DNA of 64,000 bases from Vicugna vicugna (lineage: Eukaryota). Below are positions 27,417-38,600 of this stretch, one piece after another (the stretch's first letter is position 1; every line of letters starts with the position of its first letter). Position numbers and translations under genes: made by a program. Below the pieces are notes generated by a model. That model did not search any database. It was given only the letters and a program-made list of their open reading frames with translations, and had not been told where the DNA came from. The stretch covers positions 2,480,001 through 2,544,000 of the forward strand of contig MU058221.1 in the NCBI GenBank assembly GCA_013265495.1. Reading direction: 5' to 3'.

Positions 27417-28149
27417 CTGGCAAATGCCTTACATCAAACCAATCTGCACAGGAACCTTTCTGTGACTGCTGTCTGCCGTGTAGATGGAGGGACTGGATCC
27501 CACTGTGATGCGGATCACAGAGGACCGCTGGGGAAAAGACTGCTTGGAATAGCACCAGTTAGATCTTATCAGCAAGCAGTGTGCCGATGTATAATTACTT
27601 GTCATGACCACAATACACCATCTCAAAAAGTATTTCCCAACTGCCTCTTTCCCCCTTATAAATGTATTATTCATATCTGTGTAAATAACAGTTTACTGAA
27701 TTCACTTAAAGAAATCCATTGATTTGAGTAAGCTGTTAGACACATGTGACTGTCACTCAGGCAATGATCGTGAGACGCCCCACTCAGGATGTCTGGAAAC
27801 TGACTCCAGGGATAAAAGACGAACAGAAATACCATCCCATCTGTTAGCCAAACTGACTGCACCAAATAATTTGGAACTTAATTACAGAGTTGGTTACGTT
27901 TTCAAAATGTGATTTCCGAAGGCTGAAAGTTTTATTTAAATCTCTCCATGTTTATTTCCTCCAAGGACCATCGTGGTGGTTACATATTGCAGTCTTAGAA
28001 TCACTGGCTGCTACAGGTCTAAGGGTTAAGATTCAGGGTACAATGAAAATGGGAAAAGCTGTCATCTCCATCCTCTCACCGCCTTTTCTCTCCTCCTTCT
28101 TCGGTCCTGAACTAGCTGTGAACAACTCCAGTGTTTTCACTTCCAAATA

Positions 28150-28350
28150 GACTGTTAGGTAGAACCTCAGACCCCCAGTTGCATAGGAACTTCAGGTGAA
28201 CAACAGTTTTTGGTTTTTTTGTTTTAGTGTAAGTATATCCCATACAAAACTTGAGACATACTTAACACTAAAAATAATCCATTGTTTATCTGAAACTCAA
28301 ATTGAGCTGGATGTTCTGCATCAGTATCTACTAAATCTGCCCACCCAACC
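28150..28350. mobile_element. MER53 palindromic MITE
   Basis: Inverted repeat ttttagtgtaagtatatccca...tgagacatacttaacactaaaa with outer arms ttcaggtgaacaa / ttgtttatctgaa. Matches the MER53 consensus as recalled. Confidence 0.75.
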
Positions 28351-28734
28351 TGCAAGACAATTATTTTGTCTAGAAACGTGTTTGAAAAATAGCATCAAAA
28401 TTACTCTTTCCAAAGTCACTGTTACTAATTAAAAAGTCCTAAAGACCAAGCTCTTTAAGGTCTCCAAAAATGAGCCTCTTCTGGTGGAATTTTGGGCACA
28501 TTTCAAGGATGGTTAGAGAGATGTTTCAGTTGGGAAAGCCCTTCCATGGTTCCCAAGTGTAGAGCATGGAGGTGGTGCTGCTTCCTTGCACTCACCAGCC
28601 TGATAGAGGGGAAGAAAGAGGAGGGGAGGAAGGGTAAACACAGTGACTGTTGTATGCTATTTTATTTTCTGCTTTTAAGCATCAATATTAACAGCGTGGT
28701 TGGAGACGGAAGAAGATTAACTTGCCGACTGACC

Positions 28735-29525
28735 CCTTTGGTTACTGAAGCCAAAAGTCCTGGAGTCATTCTTGACGCCTCCATTTCTCTCACATTCCAA
28801 ATCCAATCCAACAGTAAATGATGTCAACTCTACCTTCAAAATAGAGCCAGAACCTGTCCGCTTCCTACAATCTCCGCTGCCAACAGTTTGGCCCAGGATG
28901 CCGTGATTTCTTCCCTGAATTACTTCAGCAGCCTTCTGCCCGCTTTCTCTCTCTCTTCCGCCATTGCCCTTCTCAGTTTACTCCCTACACAGCCTCCTGA
29001 TGGATCTTGTGGGAACCCAAGTCTGAGATGTCACTTCAAGGCCTTCAACGGTGTCCGCCTCACTCAGGTTGGGTCCTAACGTGCAGGACCAGCCCCGCAC
29101 TCCTCCGTGGTACCCGACTGAGCTCAGCTCCTCCAGTGCCTCCCGTCACCCTTTTCCTGCCACTCGGGTCCTCCAGCCCTGCCAAGGAACTTTGCAGCTG
29201 TGTTCCCTCTGCTTAGCCCCGGTATCTGCATGGTTTGCTCCATCACCTCCAAGCTTTCATTCCATTGCCTCGTTCGTAGTCGTTGCAACCCTCCCCACCC
29301 GCTTTCTTTCTTTGCTCTTCTCTTCATGGCGTGTACCACTGCCTGAGTCTGTCTTTTCCTTCTTGATCCCGTTATTGCTTGCCCCTTCCCCTAGAACGTA
29401 AGCTCTGTGAAGATGCTGGATTTTTGCTGTTGCTCTTGTGTATCTTGGTTATTGCTGTATCCCAGTGCGTTGTGCTTGGCTCATGGAAACTGCCCCATAA
29501 ATATTTGTTGGATGAATGAGTGAGC
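28735..29525 (+). mobile_element. L2 (L2a-like) 3' end
   Basis: cctggagtcattcttgac...ctctaccttcaaaata...ctagaacgtaagctc...ataaatatttgttggatgaatgag, the classic L2 terminus. Confidence 0.85.
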
Positions 29526-31664
29526 CAGTAACAGTTTTTAACAAATTTTCTGTATGGATTGGAAACCTGTCTGCAGAGAGCAGGATCTTGGGAGAATGAG
29601 ATTGAGGACTCGTGTATCGTGATGGCAGGGCCTCATTCTGCAGAAGGTCCAGGCGTCATGGCAGGAGATGTTAAAGAGCAAGACAGTAAGGAGACAGGTG
29701 GATAGGCAGGTCAGCGTGAGGACTTTGGATGCCCAGGGAGGTAATAGAGGCGCTTCACAATTTGGCCAAGTCTTGTCCTTTTGCAAGACTGGATTCCAGA
29801 AGTATCCATTTGTCTCGTAACTATGAAGTATGCATCAGTAGTCTCCACTGTGGGGCTCCCTTGTCGTCACCAGGACGTGGGAAGACATTACGATCATTAA
29901 AATCCGGTCTTGGTGTCTGGGCTGTGGCGTCACTGCCGCCTTGTCCGGTGGCGGCTAGTTTCCTGCGCGTCTTTCTCTCATGCGTCTTCTCTCTCTTCTC
30001 TCCCCCTCTGTGCTCAGTTCTCAATTCCCAGGCCTCTTAAGGACACTGATTCCAAGAAGAGCCTCATGAGAAACAAATCAAGCCGCATCACCATCCAGCG
30101 GGTAGACTGCCGTTTCTCCCTGCGGGGGCTGCAGCCACCTCACCCGCTTCCCTGTCCGCATGCCCTTCTGTCCTTCCTGCAGGCCAGCTGCCCCGAGCGT
30201 CTGCTCTGCTTGCGGGTCCTCTTACCCGTCCTGGAATAGGCTTCGTTGCCTCGAGAACTTCTCAGCTCTCAAAACTCAACTCATGTGAAACTGCCCTAGT
30301 GAATTAAATAGATTTCTCCCGGGAGCATTTACTAGTGTTTCCCTGAGGAGCTCACGACACTTTACACAGACAGCTGACCCAGCACTTAGCGCGTGATGAT
30401 GTTTTGTTGGTGTGTCTGTCTCCCCTGGAAGACCAGGAGAGCCTCTTTGCATCTCTGCCACCAGGTACAGCGTACAGAAGGTATACAGTAAGTGCATATT
30501 AGGTGAGTTATTTTGGAAACTTCGGAGAAACCTATTCTTGCTCCTTGACATAGAGTTCTCTGGAGCTTTACTTGGTCCGTCACAAGAACCCCCCCAAATC
30601 AGACCCCATGACCCTTTCTTGCTCGTGAGCAGATGTGTCGGTGGGACCCTGCCCCAAAGCGGGAAGAGGCAAAGCGTTTTTCTCACGGTAGCTCTTCTGC
30701 TGATGAAACCAAAAGGCAAGATAATCGTCAACCTTCTGCTTACTCTCAGGATTGGCCACATCGGTCAAATTGCGTCATTCCATGTTGTCAAGCTTTGAGA
30801 GAAGGCATCCTTCGTTTTAATTTTTTTGCATGATTAAAGTCATTCAATTACCATTCAATTTAATTAAATGGCTTTTATGATTTAATTTTAGTGAGGGAAA
30901 AAATGATCAGTCATTAAAATGATGATTGATGATTTTTTTTTCTTTTTATTATTGCCGTCGATAACAGGAAAGAGCTTTTGAGATAAGTTTTGTAATAAAA
31001 AAATCCTCTGGTAGTCAGTAAAATGTGTTATCAGTAATGAAAAAAGCGTTGTTGATATTGTTAATTAATAAGTGATGAATTAGCATAGAACCTGACACCT
31101 CATTTACCCCAGTAACGCTACCCTGGGAAATTGCAGAGAATGTTAGGCTGTCACTCCGTACAGAATTTTTCCTTGAGAGAGTAAGAGATTGAGAGAGAGC
31201 GCTGGAAACGGAGAGGGAGCAAGAGCGTGAGAGAGTGAATGAATGACGACGTGTAATCTTTGAAAGTAAAAATTCTGAATTGTACTTTCGCACTCAGGCA
31301 AAAATAATCTGTTAAAGAAAATCCATGGTCTACGTGATGACATGTTGTAGAAATATCAGATTTACTTAATAGCATATGTTTTTCTTTTTCAAAATTAAGA
31401 ATTGATACTTTAAGTTGTATGTCATAATATTTTCTTCCGAGTGAATTTCATCCGGAGATTTTTTTTTTTTCATTTCTGTCAGCAACATTCTTTGGGATGC
31501 TGAGGACTAACTTGATAATAGAGGAAAAATTGGGGGCAATTAATGTTGGGATTCTTTTTGTAAAAGAAAACCGTTCTAAGTGTGTATATTTTTAATACAG
31601 CTCATTGGAATGTTTATTTTTCTGATCCTGGAAGACATAGCGTAATGCCCAGGAGATGCTTGTT

Positions 31665-32711
31665 TTTTTGGCTTTTGGTTCTGACCCTAATTCTCTGGCG
31701 CTGAGTATTCTGCAGTTGCATTCACTTCTGACATTACCTGGAGACCCCAAGTTGAGGGCAAAGTCCTTCACAAGACTGCCTTCACTTCAGACCCCACCTG
31801 CAAGTCTGGGGTCCCCTGTGTCTGACCAACTGGCTAAAACATCGCACGTTCCCACAACTTCCTTGGGGCCGTTATTTGCTAGAACAACTCGCAGGATGCA
31901 TTGAAAGTGCTGGACGTAAGAGGACTGTTTTGTTATGAAGGACACACCACGGAAACTGACTCACAGGCGTAGTAAACAGACGTACGGTTACCAGAGGGGA
32001 AGGGGAGGGGTTGGGGGGATAAATCCAGAGTCTGGGGTTTGCACGTACACACTACTCTATATAAAACAGACAAACAACGAGGTCCTACTGTGCAGCACAG
32101 GGAGCTATGCTCAGTATCTTTCAGTGACCTGTAAGAAGGAAGAATACGGGAAGGAATGTGTGTAACTGAATCACTGTGCTGTGCACCAGAAAGTAACACA
32201 CTGTAAACCAACTATACCTCAATTAAAAAAAAACAAGAAAAGAGAAAGAGAGATACATCTCAAGAACCACCAAATGGAGGAAATGCACAGGACAGGGTCT
32301 GAGAGAGGTGGGGACCCGGAGCTTCCTGCCGCCTCCTCTTGATGACCTGGGCACATCATTCTCCCAGCACATCAGTGTGTTCACCAGCCAGGAAGCTCCT
32401 GGTGTCCCGAGTTTTTTCTGGGATTTTGTTACACAGGCACGATAAGTTAAATCATTGGCCACGTGCTTGAATCCATTCTCCAGTCCCTCTTCCCTCCTTG
32501 GGGGTCTAGGGGCCCAAAGTTCCAACCCTCTAACCGTGTGGTTGGTGTCTTTGATCACCCGCCCCCATCCTGAGACTCTCAGAGCCCCACCCAGAGTTGC
32601 CGCGTTAGCATAATAAAGGCAGCCTATCACTCAGGACATTCCGAGGGGTTCTGAAGCCCTTAGCCAGAAACCAGGGACAAAGACCAGATACTTTTTTTTT
32701 TTAATACCACA
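31665..32711 (-). mobile_element. MER21-like ERVL LTR interrupted by an L1 tail
   Basis: The - strand begins tgtggtatta...gtatctggtctttgtccctgg. Internal motifs cacaagactgcc, tctgaccaactggcta and aaagttccaaccctctaa. Confidence 0.7.
31945..32250 (+). mobile_element. L1 3'UTR tail nested in the MER21-like LTR
   Basis: Homologous to 14735-15030 (tactctatataaaacagacaaacaacgaggtcctactgtgcagcacaggg) with an A-rich tail. Confidence 0.85.
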
Positions 32712-33639
32712 GACTTATTTGATAAAAGTGTCTTGGCTTGGGATTTTGGGGTGGCTAATAAATCAGTGGAAGTGACATGCTCTAGGCGTCTTGCATGTGC
32801 TTAGCACCAGCCTTGGGAGGAGATGGGGTCCTGGAAGTGTAAGGCACGGTGCCTGCTTCAAGGTCCGTTTCAGGAAACCAGGTCAGCACCATCTGGTGAA
32901 ACTCTGTACCACTAGGAACTACCCAGCTCGTGCAGTGGGCGCATGTGTTCTCACTGTCTCCCCATAACAGCCTCATACAGTAGTCCAGAGGGTAAGTGAA
33001 AACACACTGTTAGGTTCGAGTGCAGGTCTGTCCATTTCCAAAACTATAATTGTCCACCGCTCCACATTCTAAATGCAGACTGGAGTTGAGTCATATCGAC
33101 AGAAGAGGGCACTGGTAAGACTGGTGCGAGTTCTGAGAAAGGGAGCTCAGTGGGATGGGGAGAGTCAGCAGAGGCTTTGTGGAAAAGGGGTGGACTCCGA
33201 CGAGGTCTTGAAGAGGAGAGAGCAGAGCGCCTCCTTGATGAGAAGAACAAAATGAGTAAATATGGGGCAGAAAGAAGTTGGAGATGTTCGTGGATGGATT
33301 ACATTTCTTTCCTTGAGTATCTGGGTGCAGGGAGCTCATCTTACCTTGAATGCACCTGTTCCATTCTGCACCGCTCCTTTAGGACAAGAATCTCTCTTGC
33401 TGCCAGCCAGAAACCGCTACCTTCTCCTCAGAGGTCTCCGTTTCCTCCTCCATAAGACAGTCTCCAGAAGAGGGAAAGTTTCTCCTCTGGCCCCGGAGAG
33501 TCTGCTTTCCACAGGGTAAACCAAGCCAATCCTTGCCCACATTCTTCAGAGCATGCGGTTCCGAGATCCTGTGTCGCTGAAATCGTCTGTCTGCATCGGA
33601 AGGTGGTGAAGAGAATCTGTTGTGACATCACAGAGACTG

Positions 33640-33790
33640 GGATTGGAAGTGCTGCTTGCCATTTACTAGGTATGGAGGTGAAGTCACCTCCCTGAACCTC
33701 AGCTTCCTCCTCTATAAAGTGAGGGTATTAAGAACTCCCCCAGAGATGGTGAAATTCATATGAAGTAGGACAGTGCTCCCGATAGAACAA
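33640..33790 (+). mobile_element. MIR
   Basis: aagtcacctccctgaacctcagcttcctcctctataaagtgaggg core. Confidence 0.55.
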
Positions 33791-33827
33791 GTATTTATTT
33801 ATATGACATATTATCAGGGTACTTTAT

Positions 33828-34265
33828 CTGTTAGCATTTGCTGTACAAACAAAACAAAACAGAATCCTTTAATAGCTTAAATTAAAAAAAAAAAGCAAGG
33901 TATTATCTCACTGTTGTGTGTGCTGGCCCCGTGGGCTGGGCTCTCCCTGACGTTCTGATGCTCCTGGGCGGGCTCCCTCGTGCGCTTGCCATCTGCCATT
34001 GACTGCACGTCTCACCCACGTGCTTGGTGGCTGGCTGGCTGCAGGCTGTGGTTCTGGCCAGGTGTCCGTCTTACCCATCAAGCCAGCTTGCGCTAGTTCA
34101 CATGGTGGCGGCCTCGGGGTCCCCAGGACCAGCAAAAGGACATGTCCTGTGGGGCAAGTGCTTTCTGTGTCTCCACTGGTGCCATGTTTGCTGCTGTCTC
34201 ATTGGCCAGAGGGAGTCCGGAGCTGGTGTGGATCAGAAATGCCACAGGTTATGGATGGAGGAAAA
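33828..34265 (-). mobile_element. MaLR LTR (MLT1-like)
   Basis: Degenerate MLT1 motifs (attatctcac, ctcacccacgtg, gttcacatggtggc, cattggccaga). Confidence 0.5.
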
Positions 34266-34806
34266 ATTGAGGCTAATCTTACCTACCCCAGACTAAAATC
34301 CTCTTCCTAAGAAACCGTTCTGAAGGCAGTAGTGAAGGGTAGATGACTCCATCAGAGACTGCATTTGTGTTTATCTCTTGGCTCATTAGTGACTTTGCAC
34401 TTTATTGCATATATGTGTGTGTGTGTGTAGTTGGATGTGTCGAGGGCAGTTGTTTGTGTACCTAAGAGAGGGAGAGAGGAAGGAGGTGGGAAGCTGCCAG
34501 GCAACTAGGCTGTCCAATCTGGGAAAAAGGTCACTGATTCAAGCATCCTTGGTAGCCTCATGCCCCATCCGGGCAAGAGGAGCAGAGGACGGCCTCCAGC
34601 TCAGGCCCGCCCACCCTACCCCGCTCCGTGTCCTGGTGATGTGACGCAGGTCAAGGGTGCCAGGCTTGTCCCAGGGAGTTAGATTTCTTCCATTTGTCTT
34701 CATACTGCAAATACATGTTCAGTACTATCTCCAGGGTACCGACTGGCTTGCACACTGAGTGCTGAGCGCTGACACTCGGCACAGTTGCGGAGGTGTGGCC
34801 GCGCTT

Positions 34807-34900
34807 TTCAGTTCTGAGCCCCGTGCGGAGTAGTTTCTCCAGCTTCTCCTCTCTTCAGTTCTGAGCCCCGTGCGGAGTAGTTTCTCCAGCTTCTCCTCTC
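34807..34900. repeat. Perfect 47-bp tandem duplication
   Basis: ttcagttctgagccccgtgcggagtagtttctccagcttctcctctc at 34807-34853 and 34854-34900. Confidence 0.95.
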
Positions 34901-35164
34901 TCATGACTGAGCCTGCGCAGCACAGAAGTGGCGGCCACTCCCCTCTCCACTGCTGTGCAACCATCAACACCATCCCTTCCATCAACTCTGACCTTCAGTC
35001 GCCTTACCGTCTCTGAGAATCCGTCAGAGTCCTCACAGAGTCGGAGGGAGATGCGTCCCTGCCCCCTGGAGGACATTGTTTTCTCCGGCTCCTTCAGACA
35101 TGAGCCTTATGGCTTTAGCTTTTCAGTCTTCCCAGTCTCTACCCCATTCCATCTAGAATCCTGT

Positions 35165-35625
35165 TGTATTAGATAAGATGCTTAGGGTTGCCAGCAATAG
35201 AACCACTCGCTTCCCAGTGACTTGAAAAACGACTGTTTATTATCTCACACAACACACGGTCTGTGTTCCTTAGCCTAGACCCTGGGGCACAGCAGTGTCA
35301 TCAGGGACCCGGTCTCCTTCCGTTTCTCAGCCCTGGTGCCTCACCTAGTCCACGTGCTTGTTCGTTGCAAGATTCAGGATGGCTGTCCATGGCCCAAAAA
35401 CAGAGGTTCCTAATACGTGCCCCCCCTTTTTTTAGTAATAAAATATCACGGAGAAGTTCCCCACCAGACATCTGTCCTGCTGGTGAGCCATGACCTGGCT
35501 TCACGGAAGCTGGGGAAACCAGCCCACGCCTGTTTTAGCCTTTGTCACGGTGACAGATTCTTCCATCAGGGACAAAGAAGACGGGGGATGGCTGTTGAAC
35601 AGGTTGCCAACAGCATCTTCCACAC
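35165..35625 (-). mobile_element. MaLR LTR (MLT1J/K-like)
   Basis: tgtattag...tttattatctcac...gtgtcatcagggaccc...gccaacagcatcttccaca. Confidence 0.5.
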
Positions 35626-38600
35626 TGGTCTCTTTCCTGTTATAATTTTCATTCTCCCCTGGGTCTGGGGACACTTCCCCTGGGAAGAGGCCATCCAGTG
35701 TCAGCTGCCAAAGTGTCCGTTCCTGATGAGTCAGCCGATGCCTCGTCAAGCGCAGGTGCCTTCACACCACACCTCAGAGCGATTTGTCCTTCCTTCCAGG
35801 GCACCCGTGGAGAGACTGACGGTCACTTTTCCTTCTGGTCTTTGTACAAGAGTCATAGTCTGCGGACCAGTCAACAGTCCCTGTTTTTGCCCCAGTGGGT
35901 ACTCATACCAATAGATAAAGCTCAGACAGCCCAGGCAAGACTCCCAGTGTGACTGCAAATTAGGGTCGTCTCAAGGAAGCTTAGGACACACTCGAAGTCT
36001 GATACGGAATTAAACGGTCTCCTGACTGTTGAGCCTCCAAACGTGAATTTCTGAAGAATACCAGGAACATTTCAGCCCCTCTGTTTGCATGGTCCCCACA
36101 GGCGTAGCTGGTGTGATAAAGGACAGTGTAATGGATATGCACTTCACAACAAGAATGAAAATGTCTCACATGGCTTTTGTTTTCTTTTAAAATTGCATCT
36201 AATCTACTTGGAGCTTTCTCTCTTACCAAGGAGATTAACTGTCGATTGCTATAAGGATTCTTGCACCGTATCAACCCCTCCTGATTACACGGAGGTGCTA
36301 GAGGCCCCATATCGATCCAGGGCTCTCGGGACTGGCGCTCTGACCCTAGGAGCAGGGGGCATCCACTTGCCTGATCAGTGTCTGTGTTCACGTGGTCCCT
36401 GAAAAGCAGGTGGATCTGCTGTTTCTGCCACGCTTTGTCCCTGGATCTTTTCTGAGGATGGACCCAGTCTCTTTAGGAGCCACCCGCATAGCCATTCTGC
36501 CGTAGGAGCCTGCCGCGTCCTCAGATCCCTGCTGTTTGTAGCCATGGTACCCTTCCAATCTCAGAAGACATTCTCTAAAACCTCTGTCTGCTCTGAGTGT
36601 TCCAATGACCCCTTTCCAATATTTGCTTCTGTTTAATAATTAATGAGATGATTTTGCAGAACCTCCCTTCAAGAAGCCTTAGGAGACTCCTCTCTGGACT
36701 CTCTCCTACTTCTAGCAATGCGAACAGGGGAAGACGTGAGAGTGGTTAGTTTTCTTCTCACCAACTCATCCTGCGGTCAGTAGGACGTGTTCCTTGCTGA
36801 AATGGAACAAAATTCGATTCTAGATTGTCGTGCTGACTGAGTATCTGCTTATAACAAATCAAATCATGATGGTGTTGGGAAGCACCTTGCCGGTGCATTT
36901 GGCTCATGCCTCCCTTTCAGCTGCCTGCGTCCATCCTGCTGCACACAGTGGCTTGTTCTCTTGGCAGACCCATTCCTTCCATTCTGCATGTCAGGTCCCA
37001 CCCAGCTACCTAGACCTAGTGCACAGTCTGCCTTCTTTATCAAGACCTCTTCTACCTCCAACCCCATTTCCTGAGTTAGGACAACTCTCTCTTTTTGCTG
37101 TGTCCTTGGAAGACTGTGAGACCCCTGCATTACAGCATGCGTCCTTCGCCACCTCTGGGTGTCCTTGTATGTGTGGGCCCTGTATCTGTATCAGCCCATT
37201 TGAGAGCAGGGCCGTGTCTGGCTCTCTTCGCTTTGATGGTGCCTAGAAACTGACTACATGGAATTAATGCAAATACGTTGACTCCTGACCATGAATAGTG
37301 TATAATGGGACACAGATCATATATGCATGCTATATGGTAAATTAATAACATAGACAATGAACAGGAGACATCCTGGGGCAATCCAGACTGGTAAACATGG
37401 TGCTAAGGTCAGTGAAGATTCCAGCACCTTCTGGTGGTGAGATAGAGAACCACAGAGAGCTGATGACGTTGGGGGTGGCTTCTTAAATATCTTCGGAACC
37501 GGAAATGAGTGCTGTATCGTCATGAAAATTTGAGTCACTGGAAAGAAAAGGACAGAGCAGAGAAGCCATGGGCACGGGGAGGAAGATGGATATGACTTCA
37601 GCATCTGTGGGTTGGTTTGGACACATCTGGGAGACCCCCCACAAGGGTGGCTTCTGTTTTCATCAAGCCTCACAACTTACAAAGTGCTGTCACGTGTATC
37701 ACTTTATGTGATTCCATCTAGGGATATTCCGAGGCTGAATATTCCACTCGGTTGCAAATAGCACTGGGAAGGAGACGCACTGTGTACAAAGTCAAGATGT
37801 AACTCGGTGGTAACAGACACGTCTGGTACCCAGCATAATGATGATGAGGGGGATAATGATGAAGAGGATTCTGATGATGCTAACCGTGCTTACTGAACGC
37901 TCTCTCTGTGCCCAGCATGTGCAAAATGTTTTCCATGCATTAAAACTACTCTTCCCCAAAACTTCAAGGGAGAAATTTGAAACCATCCGTCTGATGGAGA
38001 CGGAGTTGCTTGTCCCATATCCCTTGTCCCATATCACTCACCTGGGGGATGGTGGGGCCGGGACTCAAGTCTAGGCCTCAAAACCCAGTCATGTTCCATC
38101 CCCTAGAGCCCTCAAGGCTGAGGGCAAAGCAAACACAACCAAAAGAAGAACACAAACTTTATTTCATGATATGTGCTTAAACCTACACCTCTGACAGGGG
38201 GACCTGTCACCTGTGGCAACCAGGTCAGAGTTCAGTACGGGATAAAGGCATTTCATCTGCTTAGTGCTGCTTCCCGTTTGAGAACACAGCTCTGTGGGCT
38301 TAAGCAGTGATTTTCTTAGTTAGTGACTTAATTACCTGCTCAAGATTTGGCCTTGAAACTCAAACCACCTCCCCACTCAGCCCGTTTATGTCCGAAGCCT
38401 AAGAGCTCGTGCTCAGGCTTCTGCCCCGAGTCGCTGCCCAGGGTCCCCCAGTGACCGTGTCCCGAGTGAGGGCTACTTACCTGAAGGTGAGACAAACAGG
38501 TGAAACCCCGTGGCCTCCTTGGCACAGAGATTGAAAAAACCCTCTTCCCAATCACTGCCAATTTGTGTTTGCCGTCGGAAAATTGCTTTGGGAAATGATG

